Source of the DNA: Saprolegnia diclina VS20
Taxonomy: Eukaryota
Reading direction: 5' to 3'
Length of the DNA stretch: 20,000 nucleotides
Assembly: GCF_000281045.1 (NCBI RefSeq)
Contig: NW_008246069.1
Coordinates: forward strand, 812,634-832,633
The notes below the pieces were generated by a model that did not search any database, was not told where the DNA came from, and saw nothing but the letters and a program-made list of their open reading frames with translations. Positions 9,502 through 19,800 of this stretch are shown here, in pieces (position 1 is the stretch's first letter; every line of letters begins with the position of its first letter). The position numbers and the translations under genes were made by a program.

Positions 9502-11308
9502 ATGGCCAACGCGACCGAAGCGTACGACGCCAACGCGTTCTTCCACGCGGGCTTCGACCCGGCCGTCTCGGTCTTCGGGAGCCTCGGGTTCGTCGCCGCC
9601 AACGTCGTGCTCGCGCTCCTCATCGAGCACGGGCTCAAGCTCGTCGAGAAGGTCGTCGAGCACCATCCGACGTACTTTCGCCTCCTCACCAAGATGTACC
9701 AAGGTACGCCTGGCGCCGCCTGGCCTATCGACTTACCATGCATATAGAGCTCATGGTCGGTGGCTTCACGGCCTTTGTCTCCAAGCGCATCCAGCAGTGG
9801 AACGTCCTCTCGTCCGACGACGAGCAAATGGTCAACTCGTCCGATGACATGGTGCTCTACTACGGCCTCGCGATCGCGCTGCAGTCCATGGTCATGTTCT
9901 GGCGCCTCCGCAAGCACAATTCGCAGGTTGACAAACTCTCGCTCCTCACGGCGCAGGAGCTCTACAACGAGGTGACGGCGAACGACGACACGAGCTCGTC
10001 CGCCCTCCCGAGCATCTATCACTCGGTCATCAAGATGAAGATCGTCCGCCGGTACTTCCTCAACGCGCACCAACTGCCAGAGCTCTTTTCATTCCCCAAG
10101 TACCTCCGCGCGATCCAGGACTCGGAGATCATCCAGCTCTTCGACATTGAGCTCTTTGCGTGGCTCCTCCTCGTGGGTATCTACGTGGGCTTCTTTGCAG
10201 TTTGCGGCGCCGTCGACCACATTCTATTGGCGCCCGAGAGCACGCTCACGTACGTCGATGCCGAGCACGTTCTGCGCACGCGCCTCCTCGTGCTCTTTGT
10301 CTTTATCGCCTGCCTCGGGCTTGTCATGTGCCTCCTCAACGTGTACCTCAAGCGCTGCGTGCACTGGATCGTCGTGCAGGCCAGCAACAGCGCGGCCGAG
10401 GACCACCACCTTGTCGCAGCCCTCGGACGCATCGCCACCGAGGTACTACGGGCGTCTTCGATGTAAACTGAGGGCGTGCTTAGGAAGCGCACTTGATCCA
10501 AGATGAGACCACCGAGTCGGCAATCGCACGCATGACGACGGTGGCCAACAGTCTGAGTGAAAAGCCCGACCACTCGACCATCTGGGGGCTGCTCCAGACG
10601 CTGTTTCGCAAAGTCACGGGCCGCCAGCACACGCGGGACCCCAAGCTGCAGATCGCCAAGCTCCACTTGCCCTTCTTTTCCCGCAAGCTCCTCCACGTCT
10701 TCATCAAGCTCCTCCTCAACATGAACGCCATGTATTTTGCGCTCGTGCTCCAGAGCTTCTTTACGATTCTGCGGCCATCGATCGCGTACCCGACCCAGAT
10801 CTGGTATCCTGTGATCCTACTCGCGCTCACCTTGGCGCTGGGCGTCAACTCGGCCATCTTTGGCCCGCGCATTGTCGGCCGCATGGCGCTCGTGAACGCG
10901 ACCGTCCGCGTCAACGCTGCCGAGCTCAAGCGCTCGGTCGAGCATTTCACCGAAGTGCTCGAAATCCAAGAGAAGATGGTCGCCGCGCTCGTCAAGTACA
11001 CGGCGACGCACCTCAAGTCGCTCGAAGACATGCAAGACGAGCTCAAGCTCCACGACGACAAGCACTCTGGCTACATTGAGATCGACGTCCTCCGCCGCAC
11101 GATAAAGCGCTACGGCTTCAAGTTTTCCAAGAACAAGTTCAACACGTTCATTCGGCTCCAGTTCAAAACCAAAGGCACGACCGTGCAGTACGAAACGTTC
11201 CTCAAAGTCCTTCACCGCACGATCGAGAAGAACGACTATGGCGCGCACGCCACGTACAACAATTCGCCCACGCTCACGTCCAAGGTCTCGTTTGCCGTGT
11301 CCAAATAA
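9502..11308 (+). CDS. MLO-like 7-TM protein with C-terminal degenerate EF-hand pair, paralog B (~573 aa, 3 exons)
   Basis: Exons 9502-9703, 9748-10442 and 10484-11308 (introns 44 and 41 nt). Motifs: KMYQELMVGGF, FSFPKYLRAIQDSEIIQLFDIELFAW, LPFFSRK and LLNMNAM. EF-like loop DDKHSGYIEIDV is followed by helix-loop-helix ...FKTKGTTVQYETFL. Confidence 0.82.
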
Positions 11309-11880
11309 ATCAAGACAACTTGTCTTTACCTATGGTCAATGTAGCTGTATGCTTTTGGTCAGCATCAGCCATCGGCATCACGCAACGACACACTGCCAGC
11401 CATCGCACACTTGCGGGATACGTCAAGATGACGCTGTCGTGCAGCGTAGTAGTGACGTGGTTGCTGTCATAAACTCTCGATGGTTTGGCGCGTGACGGGT
11501 CTGACGATGTTATGACGACTGGCAGCAACCAGCAATTCACACAAGACTGACGTCGTCAAACTATGTTCCCGCCGATGCTAGCGCCGAGACCCATCTTGGC
11601 TGACGTACCTTTTTCAAGAAGCTGGTGGCTGCCAGACCAAGGGCCCGGTTGTTTGTGCTATAATACATACAGTAATCGAACACGTGATTGTTTGCGTACA
11701 GCCTTGTCAGCTTTGTACTGCGCTGAGCCACGACAGATGCAGTGGTGTTTCTATGCTCTTGTGGTTGGGTTAGGAAATGTATCCTTGAATCGTATGGTCA
11801 CAGACGGGTAGATGCAGTCACGTCGGTGGCGTAGCAGCGTCCGGTGAATGAAGGTCGCTCGGCATATTGGCGGCTCGTAT

Positions 11881-11915
11881 GCAGAGCTCATCCATCACTG
11901 ATGGATGAGCTCTGC
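11881..11915. repeat. Perfect inverted repeat with 17-bp arms and a 1-nt spacer
   Basis: gcagagctcatccatca-c-tgatggatgagctctgc; the right arm is the exact reverse complement of the left arm. Confidence 0.95.
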
Positions 11916-12089
11916 CGATGGGCGGTCGACGGTGGGCCCAGCTGACGCGCCACATCGGAGCCATCGTTGACGTAGTCGATGATATCTTTGGCATTTTTTG
12001 CATTTGAATAAAAATACTTTGAAATTTGTAAAGAGGTGGATACAGCTCGCCGATTGGCCACGATCCCACGGAGTCGAGATAGTGCAATC

Positions 12090-12105
12090 TCATTGTGCCA
12101 TTTCC
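12090..12105 (+). promoter_or_regulatory. Oomycete Inr+FPR core promoter of ABCC copy 1
   Basis: TCATTGT GC CATTTCC ends 10 nt before the ATG at 12115. A reverse CCAAT (GATTGG) lies at ~12052. Confidence 0.6.
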
Positions 12106-12114
12106 GGACGACGG

Positions 12115-15100
12115 ATGGGATCCTCAGAGCACCGACGCCTGCTGGGGCCGTCGCCCCTGAGCGACCGCTGCCCCGCAGACGTAAGCGGCCCATGGAGCGT
12201 CATCTTCTTTTCGTGGCTCACGCCGCTGCTCAACCTTGGCAACGCCCGCCGGCTCGAGTTTGACGACCTCTTTTTACTCAACCCCGCGGACCGCGCGACG
12301 ACCGCTGCCAGCGTCTTCCATGCGCAGTGGGCGCTCGAGCGTGCGCATTCGTCACCGCCCAAGCTCTGGCGCGCCTTTTCCCGCGGGTACTCGCGACCGG
12401 TCGTCGTCGCGGGCGTTCTCAAGGTCTTTCATCTGGCGTTCCAGTTCATTGGACCTATCTTGATCAAGCACCTCGTCGCATATCTTGGCGACCCGTCGGG
12501 GCCACTCGAGATTGGGTTGTACTACACGCTGGCCGTGTTTGTGTCTGGCATTTTGCAGTCGCTCGCGCTTCGGCAGTACTATTACGTTTGCTACGAAGTG
12601 GGGCTGCGGCTTCGGTCGGCCGTCGTCATGGCCGTCTACGACAAGGCGCTCGTGCTCGCCTCGACAGCGTCAACGGGGGAAGTTGCGACGCTCATCAGCG
12701 TCGACGCGACGCGGCTCCAGGAAATTGTCAACTCGGCGCACAGTCTGTGGTACACGCCCCTGCAGATCGCAGTCACGAGCGTTCTCATGTACAACGAGCT
12801 CGGTGTTGCGTTCCTCGGCGGTGTCGGCGTCCTCTGCGTGCTGATTCCGATGACGTCGGCCATGACGAGCTACATGCGCACATGCCAGGGCCCGCTCATG
12901 ACGGTCAAGGACTCGCGCTTGAAGGCGATTCTCGAAGTGCTCACCGGCATCAAGGTGCTCAAACTCCAGGCCTGGGAAACATCGTTCTTTGCCCGCATTC
13001 TGGACCACCGGGAGAGCGAGCTCGCACAGCTGCGTCGGTACGTCACCGCCAAGGCATATGGGTACACCATCTTCAACGCCGTGCCGTCCGTCGTCACGAT
13101 CGCCGCCTTTGGCTTGTACGTCTACCTCGGCCACTCGCTGGACCTCGGCACGGCGCTGACCAGCATCGCGCTGTTCGAGAACGTTCGGTACCCGCTCATC
13201 AACTTTCCGGCCGCCATCACAGCACTCATCGAGGCCCAAGTGAGCTTCGACCGCCTCGAAGCGTTTCTCCACCGCGCCGAGTACGTGCCGGTGACGCCCG
13301 GTCCTCTCACGTCGCCCGGCATCACCCTCGAGTCGGCGGCGTTCAGCTACGAAGAAGAGGCCACCGACGACGCGGTCGTTCTGCGCAACATTTCGCTGCG
13401 CCTCACGCAGCCGTCGCTCGTTGCGGTCGTCGGCCGCGTCGGCGCTGGCAAGTCGTCGCTCATTCAAGCTGTCCTCGGTAACGTCAAGTGCATCCGAGGC
13501 TCGGTGCATCTCAAGGGCTCGNNNNNNNNNNNNNNNNNNNNNNNNNNNNNNNNNNNNNNNNNNNNNNNNNNNNNNNNNNNNNNNNNNNNNNNNNNNNNNN
13601 NNNNNNNNNNNNNNNNNNNNNNNNNNNNNNNNNNNNNNNNNNNNNNNNNNNNNNNNNNNNNNNNNNNNNNNNNNNNNNNNNNNNNNNNNNNNNNNNNNNN
13701 NNNNNNNNNNNNNNNNNNNNNNNNNNNNNNNNNNNNNNNNNNNNNNNNNNNNNNNNNNNNNNNNNNNNNNNNNNNNNNNNNNNNNNNNNNNNNNNNNNNN
13801 NNNNNNNNNNNNNNNNNNNNNNNNNNNNNNNNNNNNNNNNNNNNNNNNNNNNNNNNNNNNNNNNNNNNNNNNNNNNNNNNNNNNNNNNNNNNNNNNNNNN
13901 NNNNNNNNNNNNNNNNNNNNNNNNNNNNNNNNNNNNNNNNNNNNNNNNNNNNNNNNNNNNNNNNNNNNNNNNNNNNNNNNNNNNNNNNNNNNNNNNNNNN
14001 NNNNNNNNNNNNNNNNNNNNNNNNNNNNNNNNNNNNNNNNNNNNNNNNNNNNNNNNNNNNNNNNNNNNNNNNNNNNNNNNNNNNNNNNNNNNNNNNNNNN
14101 NNNNNNNNNNNNNNNNNNNNNNNNNNNNNNNNNNNNNNNNNNNNNNNNNNNNNNNNNNNNNNNNNNNNNNNNNNNNNNNNNNNNNNNNNNNNNNNNNNNN
14201 NNNNNNNNNNNNNNNNNNNNNNNNNNNNNNNNNNNNNNNNNNNNNNNNNNNNNNNNNNNNNNNNNNNNNNNNNNNNNNNNNNNNNNNNNNNNNNNNNNNN
14301 NNNNNNNNNNNNNNNNNNNNNNNNNNNNNNNNNNNNNNNNNNNNNNNNNNNNNNNNNNNNNTACTACTACCTCGGCGTCTACATCGCGCTCAACATTCTC
14401 GCCAACGTTTTGTACCTCTTGCGCAACCTCGGGCTCGTCGCTGCCGGCGTCTTGGCGTCCCGCTCAACGTTTGCGTCGGTGCTTCGGCGCATCATCCAAG
14501 CGCCCATGGCGTTCTTCGACACGACGCCGCTCGGTCGCATCATCAACCGCCTCTCGAAAGACGTGTACGTTCTTGACGAGCAGATTCCGCTGAGCATCAA
14601 CAACGTCGTCGGCACCGTCATGACGGTTTTCTCAACAGTCGCAATTCTCTTGCTCGCGATGCCGACTTTTGGCCTTTGCTTGATCCCGCTCTCGTACTTT
14701 TACTTGGTCACGCAGCGCTACTACCTCGGTCCGAGCTGTGAGCTCCAGCGCCTCGACGCCATCTCGCGCTCGCCGGTCCACGCGCTCCTCGACGAAACCC
14801 TCGATGGCCTCGTCTCGATTCGCGCGTACCAAGTGCAAAATGCATTTATCGCCGAGCAAGCACGCCTCTTGGACCTCAACCAGCGCGCGTATTTTTTGAG
14901 CTTTAGCACCACGTGTTGGCTCGGCGTCCGACTCGAGTTCATCGGGACGCTCTTCGCGACTGTCGCCACCTTGCTCGCGGTCCTCGCGACACCCGACGAC
15001 GTTCCTGCGTTTGCAGGCACGGCCGGCGTCGCGCTCTCGTACTGCTTTTCGATTCCGCAGACGCTCAACTGGCTCGTCCGAACGTACACGATGCTTCAGA

Positions 15101-15967
15101 CGCAAATGGTCTCCGTCGAGCGACTCGACGCTTACGACAAGATCGAGGTTGAGGCCGATTGGTGTGCGCCACCGCAGGTCCAAGCGCANNNNNNNNNNNN
15201 NNNNNNNNNNNNNNNNNNNNNNNNNNNNNNNNNNNNNNNNNNNNNNNNNNNNNNNNNNNNNNNNNNNNNNNNNNNNNNNNNNNNNNNNNNNNNNNNNNNN
15301 NNNNNNNNNNNNNNNNNNNNNNNNNNNNNNNNNNNNNNNNNNNNNNNNNNNNNNNNNNNNNNNNNNNNNNNNNNNNNNNNNNNNNNNNNNNNNNNNNNNN
15401 NNNNNNNNNNNNNNNNNNNNNNNNNNNNNNNNNNNNNNNNNNNNNNNNNNNNNNNNNNNNNNNNNNNNNNNNNNNNNNNNNNNNNNNNNNNNNNNNNNNN
15501 NNNNNNNNNNNNNNNNNNNNNNNNNNNNNNNNNNNNNNNNNNNNNNNNNNNNNNNNNNNNNNNNNNNNNNNNNNNNNNNNNNNNNNNNNNNNNNNNNNNN
15601 NNNNNNNNNNNNNNNNNNNNNNNNNNNNNNNNNNNNNNNNNNNNNNNNNNNNNNNNNNNNNNNNNNNNNNNNNNNNNNNNNNNNNNNNNNNNNNNNNNNN
15701 NNNNNNNNNNNNNNNNNNNNNNNNNNNNNNNNNNNNNNNNNNNNNNNNNNNNNNNNNNNNNNNNNNNNNNNNNNNNNNNNNNNNNNNNNNNNNNNNNNNN
15801 NNNNNNNNNNNNNNNNNNNNNNNNNNNNNNNNNNNNNNNNNNNNNNNNNNNNNNNNNNNNNNNNNNNNNNNNNNNNNNNNNNNNNNNNNNNNNNNNNNNN
15901 NNNNNNNNNNNNNNNNNNNNNNNNNNNNACCAACCTCGTCGACCACTGGCGCGACGGCGACGAGTAG
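12115..15967 (+). CDS. ABC transporter subfamily C (MRP-like, short form without TMD0), copy 1, interrupted by two assembly gaps
   Basis: Lasso-type FFSWLTPLL, TMD1 (GIKVLKLQAWE), Walker A GRVGAGKSS and TMD2 (FFDTTPLGRIINRLSKD, LQRLDAISRSP, WLGVRLE, VSVERL). The probable C-terminus NLVDHWRDGDE* follows the second gap; the frame across that gap cannot be verified. Confidence 0.88.
13522..14361. other. Assembly gap (840 N) covering most of NBD1, the linker and the start of TMD2
   Basis: Run of N; the flanks align to positions 18294 and 19132 of copy 2. Confidence 0.98.
15189..15928. other. Assembly gap (740 N) covering NBD2
   Basis: Run of N between the end of TMD2 and the last 12 codons. Confidence 0.98.
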
Positions 15968-16702
15968 ATGACGTATGACGTAGCTGCGATCTAAAACCAA
16001 CAAGACTCCTCAACTCAAACTGTCACTAGCAGTAGAAGAGAAATAGTGCACAGGATTCCTACTGTTTGTACTTGCTTTGGCCACAATAGATGGAAAATGG
16101 AGCACGATCGTTTGATTCAGAGCACATAACGTCATCGGCTACTACACTGTACCACATCCAGCGTACCGAACACTGTATGACATACTGAATGTGCATGCTC
16201 AGACTCAGTTTCGGTCACTTTTCCTGTCTTGCGCCGTGGGACGGGCGGCTCGGTGCTTCAAGCAAACGTTGGACCGATCTGGAGTTCAATCTCAACTGAC
16301 AATGCCAACCGTCTGCGATACACAACTGCTATGGCGCCGACCCCACAGACCGCGATAGCCATCGCGAGGGCTCCTCTGCCTTTACCTGGTACTGTATGTA
16401 TCGACTGCCATTGGGGCTCGGCTCGGGGCTCGGCTCGAGCGCCATCGCCGAATAAACACGGCATTGGCAACGCGGTGATTTACCAGATGGGTGCGTGATC
16501 GGGAGTCCCTTCCGGCTCGATGGGGGACACCGAGAGTGGCAACAAAGTTTGGTCCCTTGCCAACGTCTCAGCAGCAGCTACCGCTGCCGACCTCACGGCT
16601 TCTCACTGACGTTTGCCCGTGCCGGCTTCGGCGAGACGCCTCCCATTTCTGGCCCCTCGCAGCTTCGAAGTTGCTTCGAACGGTAGCAAGTGCAGACTCG
16701 GA

Positions 16703-16835
16703 GCCAATCAGAGCGCGTCGAAGTTTTTCGAACCGCCAATCAGATCGGTTTGCAGCCTTCATATATCACGGAGGTTCCACCGAATTCGCGAGCGAACGAG
16801 TGTGTTGGGACCACTGGTTTCACTCTGGCATTTGC
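16703..16835 (+). promoter_or_regulatory. Core promoter of ABCC copy 2: two CCAAT boxes plus Inr+FPR
   Basis: GCCAATCAGA occurs at 16703 and 16735. TCACTCT GG CATTTGC at 16820-16835 matches YCAYTYY-NN-MWTTTNC, 5 nt before the ATG. Confidence 0.7.
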
Positions 16836-16839
16836 AGCC

Positions 16840-19800
16840 ATGGCGCCGACCACCAAGCTCGAGCGCGTCCCGCTGCTCGTCAAGAACGATGGCTTTGGCG
16901 ACACGTGCCCGGAAGAGATGGGCGGCTGCGTCTCGTCCGTCTTCTTCTCATGGCTCACGCCGCTCCTCGACCTCGGCAACCAGCGGCCGCTCGAATTTGG
17001 CGACCTCTACCAGCTCAACCCGAGCGACCGCGCACTACGCATCTCGGCGACCTTTCAGCGCTACTGGGATGCGGAGCTCGCCAAGCCCAACCCGCGGCTC
17101 TGGTGGGCGCTCTCCAAGGCCTTTGGGGCGCCCTTCCTCGTCGCCGGTATCCTCAAGCTCATCCACGACTCACTGCAGTTTGTCGGACCGCTCGTGATCA
17201 AGCTCATCATCGAGTTCCTCTCGAACCCGGACGCGGACGTCAACGAAGGCCTCGTGTACGCGGCCATCATCTTCGTCTCGGGCGTCGGTCAGTCGTTCGC
17301 GTTGCGCCAGTATTTCTTTTACTGCTTTGAGACCGGTCTGCGCCTTCGGTCGGCGATCGTGACCGCCGTGTACCACAAGTCGCTCGTGCTCTCGGCGTCA
17401 GCGAAAGGCGCGCGGTCGACGGGTGAAATCACGAACCTCATGAGCATTGACGCGCAGCGCCTCCAGGAGATCACCAACTACCTGCACGCGATCTGGTACG
17501 CGCTCTTCCAGATCGTCGTGTCGTCGTACCTTCTGTACCTCCAACTCGGCGTTGCGTTCCTTGCGGGCGTTGCCGTGATGCTGCTCATCATTCCCACGAC
17601 GGCCGCCATCTCGACCATGATGCGGTCGCTCCAGCAGCGCCTCATGAAGGTCAAGGACGAACGCGTCAAGGTCGTCTACGAAGTGCTCTCGGGCATCAAG
17701 GTCATCAAGCTCCAGGCCTGGGAAAACAGCTTTACGTCGCGCGTCATGGAGTTCCGCACGAACGAGCTCGACCGCCTGCGCACGTACATCTATGCCCGGT
17801 CCTTCTCGAGCGTTGTCTTCAACGGCGTGCCGTCGCTCGTGACCGTCGCGTCCTTTGCCGCGTACATTTACCTCGGCAACACGCTGGACGTGGGCACAGC
17901 ACTCACGTCGCTCGCGCTCTTCAACATTCTGCGCTTCCCGCTCTTCATGCTGCCGAACGTCATCAACTCACTCGTGGAAGCCCAAGTGTCGTTCACGCGC
18001 CTCACCGAGTTTTTCCTTTTGGAGGAGCGGTCGCCCGTGACGGCCGGCCACCTCTCGGACGTGGGCATTGCGATCTCCAAGGCCGACTTTACCTACGCGG
18101 CCACGCCGACGACGGCCCAAGAGACGGCCGACGCCGAGGTTAACGGTCCGATTCTGCGCAACGTCTCGCTCAACTTTGGCAGCAACCACCTCGTGGCGGT
18201 CGTCGGGTCGGTGGGCTCTGGCAAGTCGACGCTCCTCAGCGGTGTCCTCGGCGACGCGACCTGCTCGAGCGGCTCGGTGCACCTCAAGGGCTCGATCGCG
18301 TACGTGAGCCAGCAGCCGTTCATCCAGAACGCCACGCTCCGCGACAACATCACGTTTGGCCTTCCGTTCGACCACGCCAAGTACCAGAACGCGATTCGCG
18401 TCAGCTCGCTCGCCGCCGACCTCAAGATTCTTCCGGGCGGCGACCTCACCGAGATTGGCGAGAAGGGCATCAACCTCAGCGGCGGCCAGCGCACGCGTGT
18501 CGCGAGCGCCCGCGCCGTGTACCAAGACGCCGACATTTACCTCTTGGACGACCCGTTGGCAGCTGTCGACAGCCACGTGGGGTCGGACATCTTCAAGCAA
18601 TGCATCCAGACGGCGCTCAAGGGCAAGTTGGTGGTGCTGGTGACGAACGGTCTTCAGTTTTTGAAGGACTGCGACGCCGTCGTGGTCCTTGCCGACGGCA
18701 AGGTCGCCGAGCACGGCACGTTTGCCGACCTTGTCGCGCTCGAGAACGGGGTGCTGGCGACACTCATGCAGAGCGTCCAGCAGGCGCCGGCCGAAGAAGT
18801 GTACGACGCGGCGACGACGCCCGAGACCGAGGTCGTCGACGACGTGGACGGCGCGATCGCAGTCGACGTTGAGAAGCGCCGGCGGACGTCGTCGGCGCGC
18901 AGCGACATTGAGAACGACCGCGGCGCCGAAGGCAACTTGATTGTCGACGAGGACCGCGCGACGGGCGACGTGCCGTGGGCGACGTACAAGGTGTGGATCC
19001 GCGCGTGCGGCGGCTTTGGCGTGGCGTTCTGGGTCGTCTTTTTCTACATTCTCTCGCAAGTCGTCAACATTGGCTCGACGTTCTGGCTCTCGTACTGGTC
19101 GGAGCAGGCCGGGTCGTCTCAGTCGGACCAGCTCTACTACTTTTGGATCTTTACGGCCATGAACGCCGGCTACACGCTCACGTTGTACGTGCGCATCATG
19201 GCGCTCTACCTCGCCGGTCTCCGCGGCTCGAAGCTGCTCTTCAACCAGCTGCTCGCCCAAGTGCTGCGCGCGCCCATGTCGTTTTTCGATACGACGCCGC
19301 TCGGCCGCATCGTCAACCGCCTCTCCAAGGACGTCTACGCGATCGACGAGTCGATTCCGGCCAACTGGGGCATGCTCTTTGGCACGCTCTTCTCGGTCAT
19401 CTCGACGCTCGCGACCATCGTGTACGTGACGCCGTACTTCTCCGTTGTGCTACTCCCGCTCGGCTACATGTACTACCGGTCGCAGCGCTTCTTTGTCAAG
19501 ACATCGCGCGAACTTCAGCGCCTCGACTCGATCTCGCGGTCGCCCATCTACGCGCTCTTGACCGAGACGCTCGAGGGCATTGCGACCATCCGGGCGTTTG
19601 GCGCCGAGACGCAGTTTGCGGCGCGGAACGAAGAGCTCCTCGACCGCAACCAGCGCGCGTACTTCCTGAACTTCTCGGCCAACTGCTGGCTCGCGCTCCG
19701 CCTCGAGTTTGCGGGCACGGTCGTCGCCACGGCCGCGGCCTTGTTTGCAGTCTTTGGCCACGAAGCCGACAACAGCGTGGCCTTTGCGGGCCTCGCGGGC

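Noticed and set aside
15929..15978. Apparent frameshift or pseudogene at the end of ABCC copy 1
   Set aside because: The gap length is only an estimate. The frame ending at 15967 gives a plausible ABCC C-terminus.
13421..16013. Multiple ORFs spanning the N runs
   Set aside because: Artefacts of translating through assembly gaps.
16413..16436. Tandem GGGGCTCGGCTC x2
   Set aside because: Only two units, with no array or element context.
17968..19260. 430-aa minus-strand ORF
   Set aside because: Antisense shadow of ABCC copy 2 caused by codon bias.
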